Source: Candidatus Rokubacteria bacterium CSP1-6
GTDB lineage: Bacteria; Methylomirabilota; Methylomirabilia; Rokubacteriales; CSP1-6
DNA: 64,000 bases
Direction: 5' to 3'
Assembly (NCBI GenBank): GCA_001443385.1
Contig: LDXP01000003.1
Coordinates: 33,755-97,754 of the forward strand
The notes beneath the pieces are model-generated. The model saw only the letters and a list, made by a program, of their open reading frames with translations. It was not told the origin of the DNA and did not search any database. Numbering within the stretch: the stretch's first letter is position 1; each line of letters begins with the position of its first letter. The position numbers and the translations under genes are program-made. Shown piece after piece: positions 1-10,591 of this stretch.

Positions 1-89
1 GCGGCGGCCACCAGCTTCATGGCGCGCGTGATCTTCTGGGTGGACTGGACGGCGCGGATCCTGCGCCGGATGTCGCGTAGAGTGGCCAC
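1..89 (-). CDS. atpG: ATP synthase F1 gamma subunit, first ~29 codons only (gene continues past the window start)
   Basis: Reverse complement of 1-89 reads VATLRDIRRRIRAVQSTQKITRAMKLVAA, the typical AtpG N-terminus. GTG start at 89, just after the atpA stop. Confidence 0.8.
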   Translation of the reverse strand, partial: MATLRDIRRRIRAVQSTQKITRAMKLVAA

Positions 90-93
90 AGTG

Positions 94-1623
<1,530 letters not shown>

Positions 1624-2169
1624 CTATCCCCTCACGAGGCGCTCGCGCAGCCGTGCGAGCTGCCCGTCGAGACTGCCGTCCACCACGAGGCTGCCGATCT
1701 GGGCCACGAAGCCCCCGAGGAGGCTCGTGTCCACCCGGGCCTCGACCAGGACCTCCTTGCCCGCGATCCGCGCCAGACGCGCGGCCAGTTGCCTCCGCTC
1801 CGCCTCGCCGAGCGCGACCGCGCTCCGAACCTGAGCGCGCACCTGCCCGCGCTCGGCGTCGAGCAGCTTCCCGTACGCCCGCGCCATCTCCGCCAGATGA
1901 TCCGTGCGTCCCCGCTGAGCCACGAGTCCCACGAAGTCCCGGACCAGCGGGGAACAGCCCAGTTGCTCAGCGACCCCCAGCGTGACCGACTTCTTCGTCG
2001 CGCCCTTGATCCAGGGCCGGCTCAAAAATTCCTGGAGTCGGCGCTCGGCGGCCAGGACCTCGAGCACCCGGGCCAGCTCGTCCCCCACCGCATCGAGCCG
2101 TCCCGCCTCCCGCGCCACGCCGAAGAGGGCCTTGGCGTAGCGCCTAGCCGTGGCCTCCTGCTGCCTCAT
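1624..2169 (-). CDS. atpH: ATP synthase F1 delta subunit (OSCP)
   Basis: 181-aa ORF; sits between atpF and atpA with a 4-nt overlap to atpF. Confidence 0.85.
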   Translation of the reverse strand: MRQQEATARRYAKALFGVAREAGRLDAVGDELARVLEVLAAERRLQEFLSRPWIKGATKKSVTLGVAEQLGCSPLVRDFVGLVAQRGRTDHLAEMARAYGKLLDAERGQVRAQVRSAVALGEAERRQLAARLARIAGKEVLVEARVDTSLLGGFVAQIGSLVVDGSLDGQLARLRERLVRG

Positions 2170-2735
2170 GGGGTCCGCTCGAGCTCGGCGATGGCGTCGG
2201 TGACGATCTTCCTGTGCTCCTCGCCGCGCAGGCTCTTCCGGATGAGCCGCTCCGCCGCCCCCACCGCCAGGTCGGCCACCTCCTGGCGGAGCTCCTGCCG
2301 GGCCCGCCGGACATCCTGCTCGATCTCCGCCCGCGCACCCTCCACGAGCCGGCCCGCTTCGGCGCGGGCGGCCTCAACGACCCGGCGCTGCTCCTCCGCC
2401 CCCTCCTTGAGTGCCGCCTCGCGAATCGACTGGGCCTCGGCGTAGGCCGCCTGAAGCTGCTTCCGGTGCTCCTCCCGCTGGCGCTCGGCTTCCGCCTGCG
2501 CCGCCTGCGCCGCCAAGAGCGACTTCTTGATCGCCTGGGAGCGCTCGTCGAGCTTGGCCAGGAAGGGCCGGTAGAGAAACTTCCAGAGGAAAAACAAGAG
2601 GAGACCGAAGTTGACGATCTGGATCAGGAGGGACCGGTCCAGGTTGATGAAGCCCCCGCCCCCCTCCGAGGAGGCAAGGGCGAGCCCCGGGGCCAGCCCC
2701 AGAAGGAGCGCGATTCCCCCTAAGACTTTAGACAT
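2166..2735 (-). CDS. atpF: ATP synthase F0 subunit b
   Basis: N-terminal TM helix followed by a long charged coiled-coil (AQAEAERQREEHRKQLQAAYAEAQ...). Start moved to the internal ATG at 2735 (MSKVLGG...). Confidence 0.8.
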   Translation of the reverse strand: MSKVLGGIALLLGLAPGLALASSEGGGGFINLDRSLLIQIVNFGLLLFFLWKFLYRPFLAKLDERSQAIKKSLLAAQAAQAEAERQREEHRKQLQAAYAEAQSIREAALKEGAEEQRRVVEAARAEAGRLVEGARAEIEQDVRRARQELRQEVADLAVGAAERLIRKSLRGEEHRKIVTDAIAELERTP

Positions 2736-2818
2736 GCGTGAAATTCTCCGGGCCGAAGGCGTTGTGAAAAGAGGAGCAAGGAAAACACCAGACAAATATC
2801 ACGAGGGCCGGAAAACTG

Positions 2819-3937
2819 TCAAGGCCTGGTGATGATTCCGCCCCCGATGACCTGCTCCCCGTCGTAGAACACCACCGACTGCCCCGGGGTCACGGCGCGC
2901 TGGGGCTCGTCGAAGCGGACCTCGACGCGCCGCTCCCCAGGCTCCGCCTGGGGGCCCGCCAGCGGCCGGACCTCTGCCGGCGCCGGCGCGTGGCTGTGGC
3001 GGATCTTGGCCGCCACCCGGATCGCCTCGCCTGGCCAGTCGAACGGGATGAAATTGGTCTCGGCAGCCACGAGGCGCTCGCTCTCGAGGCCCTCGGCCTC
3101 GCCCACGACGACGGCGTTCCGCTCCGGGTCCAGCGCGAGCACGTAGAGGGGCCGCTCGGAGGTCACGCCGAGGCCGCGCCGCTGGCCCACGGTGTAGGCC
3201 GCGAGCCCCCGATGCTCTCCCAGTCGCCGCCCCGCGCGATCCACGATCGGGCCGGGACGGAACGCCTCGGGAATCCGGCGCCGCAGGAACCCCCGGTAGT
3301 CGTCGTCGGGAATGAAGCAGATCTCCATGCTCTCGGGCTTGTCCGCCACGGGAAGCCCGAGGGCGCGGGCCTTGGCGCGCACCTCCTCCTTGGTCAGCGC
3401 CCCGACGGGGAATTCAGCCGCGGCGAGTTGCGCCTGGGTCAGCGGCCAGAGAAAGTCCGACTGGTCCTTCCTGGGATCCCGCCCGCGCAACAAGAGGTAC
3501 CGGCCGGTCCGCGGATCTCGCTCCAGGCGCGCATAGTGGCCCGTGGCGACCGCCGTCGCCTCCCAGGCGCGCGCCCGGCGGAGCAGCGACCCGAACTTGA
3601 CCTCCTGGTTGCAGACGACACAGGGCACCGGCGTCCGCCCCGCCCGGTACTCGCGGGCGAAGTTGTCGATGACCGTGCGGTCGAACTCGCGCTCCGAGTT
3701 GAGGAGGTAATACGGAATCCCCAGCCGGCGGGCGACCTGCCGCGCGTCGTCCGCGGTCTGGGGCGAGCAGCAGCTGCCGAAGCGGCCGGGCGCGGCCTCG
3801 GGCTCCTGCCACGGCCACACGCGGAGCGTCACCCCCACGACGTCGTGCCCCTGCTCGACCAGGAGCGCGGCGGCCACCGAGGAATCGACGCCGCCGCTCA
3901 TGCCGACGACGACGCGCGCTGAATGCGACTCCCTCAT
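2819..3937 (-). CDS. mnmA: tRNA-specific 2-thiouridylase
   Basis: PP-loop motif SGGVDSS and the conserved MnmA core; start at the internal M (MRESHSARVVVGMSGGVDSS). ATGA overlap with the parB stop. The 144-codon N-terminal extension in the ORF track is an out-of-frame artefact. Confidence 0.85.
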   Translation of the reverse strand: MRESHSARVVVGMSGGVDSSVAAALLVEQGHDVVGVTLRVWPWQEPEAAPGRFGSCCSPQTADDARQVARRLGIPYYLLNSEREFDRTVIDNFAREYRAGRTPVPCVVCNQEVKFGSLLRRARAWEATAVATGHYARLERDPRTGRYLLLRGRDPRKDQSDFLWPLTQAQLAAAEFPVGALTKEEVRAKARALGLPVADKPESMEICFIPDDDYRGFLRRRIPEAFRPGPIVDRAGRRLGEHRGLAAYTVGQRRGLGVTSERPLYVLALDPERNAVVVGEAEGLESERLVAAETNFIPFDWPGEAIRVAAKIRHSHAPAPAEVRPLAGPQAEPGERRVEVRFDEPQRAVTPGQSVVFYDGEQVIGGGIITRP

Positions 3938-4776
3938 CACGGCTTCAGGGGGCTCCCCAAGATCTGCTCGACCAGCCGCTCGAGCTCTTCGCGCGACGCA
4001 TAGACGATCTCGATGCGGCCGCGGCGCTCGGACCCCACCAGGCGCACGCGCGTCGCCAGGCGCTCGCGGAGCTGATCCTCGAGGGCGGTCAGCTCGGCGG
4101 AGCGGCGCGCCGCCCGCCGCGGGATGTGGCTCCGCTGGACCCCTTCCTCCGTCGTGCGCACCGACCACGAGTGGGCGAGGATCTCCTCTCTGAGCTTCAG
4201 CTGGTCGGCCGCCGAGGTCAGCGAGAGGAGCGCCCGCGCGTGGCCCATGGTGAGCCGTCCGGCTCTGAGATCGTCCTGGATGACCGCCGGGAGCTTGAGG
4301 AGGCGCAGGCAGTTGGCGATCGAGCTCCGGTCCTTCCCCACGCGCCCGGCCAGCTCCTCCTGGGTCCACCCAAACTCGGCCAGCAGGCGCTGGTAGGCTT
4401 CCGCTTCCTCCATGGGGTTGAGATCTTCGCGGAGCAGATTCTCGACGAGGGCCAGCTCGAGGCTCTCGGCGTCCGTCGCCTCCCGGATCACCGCCGGGAC
4501 GCGCTCGAGGCCCGCCAGCTTGGCCGCGCGGAGCCGGCGCTCACCGACAATCAGCTGATAGCCGCTTCCCACCCGCCGCACGACCACCGGCTGGAGGACC
4601 CCGGACTGGCGCATGGACGCGGAGAGATCTTGTAACCCATTAATATTAAAGGATTTTCGTGGCTGGTTGGGGTTTGGACCGATCTCCTCGATGGGGATCT
4701 CGCGGAGGGTCTCCCCTTCCGCCGGGCTCGCGGAAAGTAGCGCGCCGAGTCCTCTCCCCAGCCCCCGCTTAGTCAT
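3937..4776 (-). CDS. parB: Chromosome partitioning protein ParB (Spo0J)
   Basis: ParB-box GERRLRAA with HTH and C-terminal dimerisation region; operonic with parA. Confidence 0.9.
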   Translation of the reverse strand: MTKRGLGRGLGALLSASPAEGETLREIPIEEIGPNPNQPRKSFNINGLQDLSASMRQSGVLQPVVVRRVGSGYQLIVGERRLRAAKLAGLERVPAVIREATDAESLELALVENLLREDLNPMEEAEAYQRLLAEFGWTQEELAGRVGKDRSSIANCLRLLKLPAVIQDDLRAGRLTMGHARALLSLTSAADQLKLREEILAHSWSVRTTEEGVQRSHIPRRAARRSAELTALEDQLRERLATRVRLVGSERRGRIEIVYASREELERLVEQILGSPLKP

Positions 4777-5518
4777 GGGCGAGCACCTCCTTGGTGAGTT
4801 CGAGGTACGCCAGGGCGCCGCTCGAGCGCAGGTCGTAGAGCAGAATGGGCTTGCCGTGGCTCGGCGCCTCCGAGAGCCGGACGTTCCGTGGGATGACGGT
4901 CTGGAAGATCTGGCCGCTGAAGTAGCGGTGAACCTCCGCCTTCACCTGCCCGGCCAGGCTCGTCCGCCCGTCGAACATCGTCAGGACGATGCCTTCCACC
5001 TCCAGCCGCGGATTCAAGCGATCCCTCACGAGACGGACGGTCTTGAGGAGCTGGGCCAACCCCTCGAGGGCGTAGAACTCGCACTGAAGCGGAACCAGGG
5101 CTGAATCCGCGGCGGTGAGGGCGTTAATGGTCAGGAGGCCGAGAGAGGGCGGACAGTCCAGCAGGACATAGTCGAACTTGCCCCGCAGCGGCTCGAGCGC
5201 GTCCTTCAGCTTGGATTCCCTTCCTGGAAGCCCCACCAGCTCCACTTCAGCGCCGACCAGGTCGATATCCGCGGGCACCAGGAGGAGGTTGGGAATGGCC
5301 GTCTCGCGGATCGCCTTCTCCAGAGGCTCCCCACCCAGCAGGACATGGTAGATCGTGGGATAGAGCTCCTCCTTCGACAGGCCGAGTCCCGTGGTGGCAT
5401 TGCCCTGAGGGTCGAGATCCACCAAAAGCGTGGGGCGATCGGCCACGGCGAGCCCCGCGGCGAGATTCACCGCCGTCGTGGTCTTGCCGACTCCCCCCTT
5501 CTGGTTGACCACCGCCAT
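4769..5518 (-). CDS. parA: Chromosome partitioning ATPase ParA (Soj)
   Basis: Deviant Walker A KGGVGKTT; start set at MAVVNQKGG (ATG 5518). The upstream extension in the ORF track covers the parS sites. Confidence 0.9.
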   Translation of the reverse strand: MAVVNQKGGVGKTTTAVNLAAGLAVADRPTLLVDLDPQGNATTGLGLSKEELYPTIYHVLLGGEPLEKAIRETAIPNLLLVPADIDLVGAEVELVGLPGRESKLKDALEPLRGKFDYVLLDCPPSLGLLTINALTAADSALVPLQCEFYALEGLAQLLKTVRLVRDRLNPRLEVEGIVLTMFDGRTSLAGQVKAEVHRYFSGQIFQTVIPRNVRLSEAPSHGKPILLYDLRSSGALAYLELTKEVLAHD

Positions 5519-5549
5519 CACCCGTCCCACCAATCGTCCCCCCCCCTTG

Positions 5550-5565
5550 TGTTTCACGTGGAACA
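5550..5565. promoter_or_regulatory. parS centromere-like site 1 (TGTTTCACGTGGAACA)
   Basis: 15/16 match to the canonical parS palindrome TGTTNCACGTGAAACA; lies in the rsmG-parA intergenic region. Confidence 0.75.
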
Positions 5566-5576
5566 CACTGCGCAAT

Positions 5577-5592
5577 GTTGCACGTGAAACAT
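5577..5592. promoter_or_regulatory. parS centromere-like site 2 (TGTTGCACGTGAAACA)
   Basis: Full match to the parS consensus TGTTNCACGTGAAACA; 27 bp from site 1. Confidence 0.8.
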
Positions 5593-5596
5593 ACCG

Positions 5597-6241
5597 TCAA
5601 CTGGCTTTTTCGACAAGCAAAAATAGTCGCTTACCGACCTTCCCGGGGGCGGGGACGGATTCCCAGCGGTGAGGAGTGTCTCGGGGAAGGGTGGGAAGGG
5701 GTTTTCCCGCAGGGGGACCGGAGGCAATAAAGCGACCACCCGGTGTCAAAAAAGCCATAGCCAACGGGAGGATGGAGGGGAGGGGAGCCACGGCCCTGGT
5801 CACGACGGCGTCATAGGCGCCCCGGAGCCAAGGATCCACTTCGAGCAGGTCCTCAGCACGTCCCGCCAGGACCGACACCCCCTCCAGGGCGAGCTCTCTC
5901 ACCACCGCAGTCAGAAAGGAGGCCCGGCGGCGGCGGGCTTCCACCAACGTGAGCGCGATCTCGGCTTTGACGATCTTCAGTGGGAGACCCGGAATTCCAG
6001 CTCCGGCGCCGAGATCGAGCACCCGTGCCCGCCCGGGCGGCACCCACCGGAGAAAAAGGAGCGAGTCGAGGAAGAGCTTTTCGGCGATGTCGGTCGGTCG
6101 CCTGTAACTCGTCAGGTGCTGCACGCGATTCCACTGGAGCAGAAGCCGGAGGTAGCGGGAGAAGGCGTCCGCCTCGGCAGGGGAGGGAGGACGCTGGAGA
6201 ATCTGGTTGAACCCGCGGGAGAGAACCTCCGGGAAGTCCAT
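5597..6241 (-). CDS. rsmG: 16S rRNA (guanine527-N7)-methyltransferase
   Basis: GidB family SAM-methyltransferase (VLDLGAGAGIPGLPL); conserved position next to parAB; start at MDFPEV. Confidence 0.85.
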   Translation of the reverse strand: MDFPEVLSRGFNQILQRPPSPAEADAFSRYLRLLLQWNRVQHLTSYRRPTDIAEKLFLDSLLFLRWVPPGRARVLDLGAGAGIPGLPLKIVKAEIALTLVEARRRRASFLTAVVRELALEGVSVLAGRAEDLLEVDPWLRGAYDAVVTRAVAPLPSILPLAMAFLTPGGRFIASGPPAGKPLPTLPRDTPHRWESVPAPGKVGKRLFLLVEKAS

Positions 6242-6269
6242 TCGCTCGCGTTCCCCGGAGCCGTGTAAG

Positions 6270-8021
6270 TTAGTGTTTTTGCTGTACTTCCTTGACTGCA
6301 ACTTTCGCTAAGCGGCCCCGCCGATCCATGTAGTACTGCTGGAGGATCTGGAGAAGGTTGGAGACTGTCCAGTAGAGGACGAGCCCGGAGGCGAGGCTCA
6401 GGAACATGAACGTCATGAAAACAGGCATCAGGAGCATGATCTTCGCCTGGCGGGGATCGCCCACCGACGGGCTCATCTTCTGCTGAACGAACATCGAGAG
6501 CCCCATCAGGATCGGGAGCACGTAGGTCGGATCGTACGTGGCGAGGTCGCAGATCCAGAGGCACTGCCCCCCGAGCCACGGCACCCAGCTCGGCAGGGTC
6601 CCCAGATTGATGAACGGCGCGTTCTCCAGCTCCGTCGACACCGTGAGCATCGCGTACAAGGCGAAGAAGATCGGAATCTGGATTACCATGGGCAGGCACC
6701 CGCCCATCGGATTCACCTTGTGCTGCCTGTAGAGCTCCATCGTCTCGCGCTGGAGCCGCTGCGGGTCCTTCTTCTGATACTTCGCCCGCAGCGCGTTGAT
6801 CTGGGGCTGGAGCGCCTGCATGGCCTTCATGGACGCCATGCTCTTGAGGGTCAGCGGGTAGAAAAGGATCTTGGTGATCACGGTCAGGATGATGATCGCA
6901 ACGCCGTAGTTCGGCACGTAGTCGTAGAACCACCGCATCAATCTGAGGAGGGGTACGACGATCCATTCCATCGGCAAGGTGGGGAAGCCCGACCGCGCCC
7001 AGCTCTCCGGGAAGGGGAACCCGCCGAAGTAAACGGCCTTCTCGAGCCCCACCCCGAGCGCCTGCAGGCGCTCGTACTCCATCGGGCCGAGGTACTGGAG
7101 CCACTTGCCTTCCCAGGCTTGGCCTGGCTGCAGCGTGGGCACTACGGCGCGGATGCCGATCTCGGCGCGCTTGGTCGCTCTGCCCTCGCCAGCCGGACCG
7201 TTGGCAAGCGCGCGCTCCAATACGGTGATGCCCGGGCTCCGCGGGATGAGCGCCGTCAGATATAGGCCGTTCACCCCGGTGATCGGGGCCACGCCGCTCT
7301 CGAACCCGATCCACCCGGATCCGGAAAACTCCTTAGCATCCTTGATGTAGACGCGATGCGCCCAGGATTCCCCCGGGGCGAGGCGGACGACACTGATCGG
7401 CCGGGGCCCCCGAAACCCCTCCTGCTCCTTGGGCCACTCCACCGGCGCCACCCAAGTCAGGGTGAGTTCGGCCCCCTGCGCCGCCCTGTGCCGGTTCTCG
7501 ACCCGGATCTCATGCTCGAGTACGTAGCTGTCGATCCGGACCGTCAGCACCTGCGTGATCCGAAGCCCGAACCCGTCCTCGCCGACCATCCGGATCTGGC
7601 CCCGGCGTGTCTCCTGCCGCACGGGCTCTACCGACAACTCGAACGCCACGGGCACCGGCGGAGCTCCGGCCCGGTGGACGGTCAGAGGATCCTGAGCCAC
7701 CAGACCCTTAAGGACCATCGGCTTCTCGCCGCGGAAGTGGAGATTCCATGCCTCCAGCGCCCCTCCCCCACTGGCCACCTCCGCCGAGTAGAGAGGAGTC
7801 TCAAAAGTCACCTTCCGCTCCGGCGGGGCTGGTCTCGGCCGCGGCGAGACAGGGGCGGTCTCGGCCAGCGGGGGTGGGGCCGGGGGCGGCTTGGACTCGG
7901 CCGGGGCTTGAGCGGGCGGGGAGGGGAGCGGCTCGGGAGGAAAGAGCCGGGCCTGGACGAACAGGAAGAGGGCAAAGAGGACCGACGACAGCAGGAGGGC
8001 CAGAATCAGGTTTCTTTCCAT
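6270..8021 (-). CDS. yidC: Membrane protein insertase YidC
   Basis: 583-aa ORF with N-terminal TM, a large periplasmic domain and the conserved C-terminal 5-TM YidC/Oxa1 core; classic rpmH-rnpA-yidD-yidC order. Confidence 0.9.
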   Translation of the reverse strand: MERNLILALLLSSVLFALFLFVQARLFPPEPLPSPPAQAPAESKPPPAPPPLAETAPVSPRPRPAPPERKVTFETPLYSAEVASGGGALEAWNLHFRGEKPMVLKGLVAQDPLTVHRAGAPPVPVAFELSVEPVRQETRRGQIRMVGEDGFGLRITQVLTVRIDSYVLEHEIRVENRHRAAQGAELTLTWVAPVEWPKEQEGFRGPRPISVVRLAPGESWAHRVYIKDAKEFSGSGWIGFESGVAPITGVNGLYLTALIPRSPGITVLERALANGPAGEGRATKRAEIGIRAVVPTLQPGQAWEGKWLQYLGPMEYERLQALGVGLEKAVYFGGFPFPESWARSGFPTLPMEWIVVPLLRLMRWFYDYVPNYGVAIIILTVITKILFYPLTLKSMASMKAMQALQPQINALRAKYQKKDPQRLQRETMELYRQHKVNPMGGCLPMVIQIPIFFALYAMLTVSTELENAPFINLGTLPSWVPWLGGQCLWICDLATYDPTYVLPILMGLSMFVQQKMSPSVGDPRQAKIMLLMPVFMTFMFLSLASGLVLYWTVSNLLQILQQYYMDRRGRLAKVAVKEVQQKH

Positions 8022-8254
8022 GTCCTCAACGCCCGCGGCGGAACGGGATCGTACCCTCCCGGATGAAAGGGGTGGCAGCGGACCAGGCGCCGGACCGCCA
8101 GCCAGGATCCGCGGCCCGCGCCGTGCTGGACCACGGCCTCACGCACGTACTCGGAGCACGAGGGGTAAAAGCGGCAGGCACGAGGGAGGAGCGGGGAGAG
8201 GAACCGCTGGTACCCTCGGATGAGCCACGCGACCGCGGCAGCGAGGCGGCTCAC
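8006..8254 (-). CDS. yidD: Membrane protein insertion efficiency factor YidD
   Basis: Conserved YidD sequence (RFYPSCSEY...HP..GG.DPVP); GTGA overlap with the rnpA stop if GTG 8254 is the start. Confidence 0.75.
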   Translation of the reverse strand: MSRLAAAVAWLIRGYQRFLSPLLPRACRFYPSCSEYVREAVVQHGAGRGSWLAVRRLVRCHPFHPGGYDPVPPRALRTWKET

Positions 8255-8613
8255 GCCCCCCCCTGCCGGCACCGCTTGGCCACGGCGTCTAGCCCCTCGC
8301 GCATGTCCTGAAGGATCTCGCCGTACGGGCCCGTGGCCGCGCGCGGCCGGGCCACGACGACCAGCTGCACGCCCTCGGGAAGCCGCCGCCGACTCACCCG
8401 GTACGCCTCCCGGACGCGCCGCCGAGCCCGGTTGCGGCGAGCCGCGCTCCCGATCTGGCGGCTGACCGCGAAGCCGGCTTGACGCCGCCCCGGGGCCGCG
8501 CGCCAGAGGAGCAGCACCGACGGCCGTTCGATCCGCGCGCCCCGCTGGAAGACGGCCTGGAACTCCTCGGCGCCGGTCAGCCGTTCACTCCGCGGAAAGG
8601 CCTCGCCGCCCAC
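8251..8613 (-). CDS. rnpA: Ribonuclease P protein component
   Basis: 120-aa basic protein with the RnpA RNR-like motif; lies between rpmH and yidD. Confidence 0.85.
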   Translation of the reverse strand: MGGEAFPRSERLTGAEEFQAVFQRGARIERPSVLLLWRAAPGRRQAGFAVSRQIGSAARRNRARRRVREAYRVSRRRLPEGVQLVVVARPRAATGPYGEILQDMREGLDAVAKRCRQGGA

Positions 8614-8626
8614 CGCCGTGTCGTCG

Positions 8627-8761
8627 CTAGACGGTGAGCCGTCTCCGTCCCTTGGCGCGGCGCCGCTTGAGCACCTTCCGCCCGCCGCGCGTCTTCATTC
8701 GCTCGCGAAAGCCGTGCGTCCCCTTGCGCTTGCGGCGATTCGGCTGGTACGTGCGCTTCAT
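8627..8761 (-). CDS. rpmH: 50S ribosomal protein L34
   Basis: Missing from the ORF track (<60 aa). Reverse complement reads [44 protein letters not shown], near-identical to the L34 consensus. Confidence 0.9.
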   Translation of the reverse strand: MKRTYQPNRRKRKGTHGFRERMKTRGGRKVLKRRRAKGRRRLTV

Positions 8762-9025
8762 GGGGGCACTCCTCCTCTCCGTCGAAAAACCGATTCAGTC
8801 TACAGACCGCCCCCCGTGAAGTCAAGCCGGCGGCGGAGCCGGGAAAGTGAAGAACGGGGTTGCCTCCTCGCTTTCCGCTGTGCTATGGTAGCACCCGCTT
8901 TTCGCCCCGAGTGTGACGCCCGGCGGTTTTTTCTTTCCGCTCCGACCGGAGCCGACGAGGGTTCGTATTCCGATGGGTTGTCGCCCCGCCGTCCATCACC
9001 CCGCCTCGCTGGCAATTCGATCCCG

Positions 9026-9045
9026 TTATCCACACGTGTGGATAA
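9026..9045. promoter_or_regulatory. Palindromic pair of consensus DnaA boxes (TTATCCACACGTGTGGATAA) upstream of dnaA
   Basis: TTATCCACA at 9026-9034 and TGTGGATAA at 9037-9045, both perfect matches to the DnaA box consensus, ~50 bp before the dnaA start. Confidence 0.7.
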
Positions 9046-9090
9046 CTCTGTGCGTAACTGGGCCCGTCGCCTGTCCTGGAGAATACTTAC

Positions 9091-10410
9091 ATGCTTGAAA
9101 GCCTCTGGACCCGGCTGCTCTCCTCACTCGAGCACAAGATTCCCGAGGCCGCGCTCGACACGTGGGTCCGCTCGAGCCGCTTGATGGCTGTCGAGGGCGA
9201 TCGCCTTCAGATCGCGGCTCCCAATAAGTTCTCGCGCGACTGGCTGGCGGAACACTACCTTCCCGCCCTCGCCGCGGCCGCCCAGGACTGCCTCGGGGGA
9301 AACCCCCAGGTCTCCATCGTGGTGGACGCGACGCCCGCCCCCGCACGGTCGCCCGGCGACGACGCGGCGCTGCCGGCGCCGACCTCCACGGCCTCCGGGC
9401 TCAACCCCCGCTACACGTTCGAGACGTTTGTCGTCGGCTCGTCCAACCAGTTCGCCCAGGCGGCCTGCCAGGCCGTGGCCGAACTGCCCAGCAAGGCCTA
9501 CAACCCGCTCTTCATCTACGGCGGGGTCGGCCTGGGGAAGACCCACCTCCTCCACGCCGTCGGCCATCAGATCACCCGCCTCTTCCCCGGCCTCCATGTG
9601 CTCTACCTCTCCTCGGAGCGCTTCACCAACGACCTCATCAACGCCATCCGCTACGACCGCACCGCCGAGTTCCGCGCCAAGTACCGGACCATCGACCTCC
9701 TCCTGATCGACGACATCCAGTTCATCTCCGGCAAGGAGCGCACGCAGGAGGAGTTCTTCCACACGTTCAACGACCTCTACGACTCCCGCAAGCAGATCGT
9801 CGTGTCCAGTGACAGCACGCCCAAGGAGATCCCGGAGATCGAGGAGCGCCTGCGCTCGCGCTTCGAGTGGGGGCTCATCGCCGACATCCAGCCCCCCGAC
9901 TTCGAGACGCGGGTGGCCATTTTGAAAAAGAAGGCCGGCGTCGAGCGCGTGCGCCTGTCGGACGACGTGGCCTATCTGATTGCCAGCCGCGTCAAGTCCA
10001 ACATCCGCGAACTCGAGGGCTCCCTCACGCGCATGATCGCCTTCTGCGCGCTGACCGGTCGGGAGATGACCCCCGACCTGGCCCAGGATGTCCTCTCCGA
10101 CCTTTGGGGCGAGGATGAGCGGATCATCACCCTCGAACAGATCCAGCGGAAGGTGTCCGACTTCTTCGGCATGAAGCTGTCGGACCTCAAGGCCAAAAAC
10201 CGGACGCGGGCCATTGCCTTCCCGCGCCAGATCGCCATGTACCTCGCCCGCCAGCTCACCACCGCCTCCCTGCTGGAGATCGGCCGCGCGTTCGGCGGGA
10301 AGGATCACACCACCGTCCTACACGCTGTGGATAAGATCACCCTGCTGCTCCAAGAAGACCCCAAACTGCGCAAGACGATCGACACCCTCACCCAGGGAAT
10401 CGCCTCGTGA
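9091..10410 (+). CDS. dnaA: Chromosomal replication initiator protein DnaA
   Basis: AAA+ Walker A GGVGLGKTHLL, the sensor/box VII region, and the C-terminal DNA-binding domain (AIAFPRQIAMYLARQLT...KDHTTVLHA). Confidence 0.95.
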   Translation: MLESLWTRLLSSLEHKIPEAALDTWVRSSRLMAVEGDRLQIAAPNKFSRDWLAEHYLPALAAAAQDCLGGNPQVSIVVDATPAPARSPGDDAALPAPTSTASGLNPRYTFETFVVGSSNQFAQAACQAVAELPSKAYNPLFIYGGVGLGKTHLLHAVGHQITRLFPGLHVLYLSSERFTNDLINAIRYDRTAEFRAKYRTIDLLLIDDIQFISGKERTQEEFFHTFNDLYDSRKQIVVSSDSTPKEIPEIEERLRSRFEWGLIADIQPPDFETRVAILKKKAGVERVRLSDDVAYLIASRVKSNIRELEGSLTRMIAFCALTGREMTPDLAQDVLSDLWGEDERIITLEQIQRKVSDFFGMKLSDLKAKNRTRAIAFPRQIAMYLARQLTTASLLEIGRAFGGKDHTTVLHAVDKITLLLQEDPKLRKTIDTLTQGIAS

Positions 10411-10441
10411 TCCACGCTCATCCCATCCCTGCCCACCGGCG

Positions 10442-10450
10442 TATCCACAG
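10442..10450. promoter_or_regulatory. DnaA-box-like nonamer TATCCACAG
   Basis: 8/9 match to TTATCCACA in the dnaA-dnaN intergenic region. Confidence 0.5.
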
Positions 10451-10532
10451 TCCGCTGGTTCGGCCCGGCCTTTCCCTGCGGGGACTTCGGCCTTCTCCCC
10501 GCCATCCCGCCGGCGAGTACGACTACGACTAC

Positions 10533-10580
10533 TCAGAAGTCTTAATTTCTTTTCTTAAGACTATAAGTTCTCTTTAGAGT
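10533..10580. other. Candidate oriC DNA-unwinding element: AT-rich tract with a perfect 8-bp inverted repeat AGTCTTAA/TTAAGACT
   Basis: About 50 bp at >70% AT inside a ~68% GC genome, sited between dnaA and dnaN next to a DnaA box; the dnaA-dnaN intergenic origin is common in many phyla. Confidence 0.55.
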
Positions 10581-10591
10581 TGGAGGATCCC

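Noticed and set aside
9124-10308. 394-aa minus-strand ORF
   Set aside because: Antisense to dnaA.
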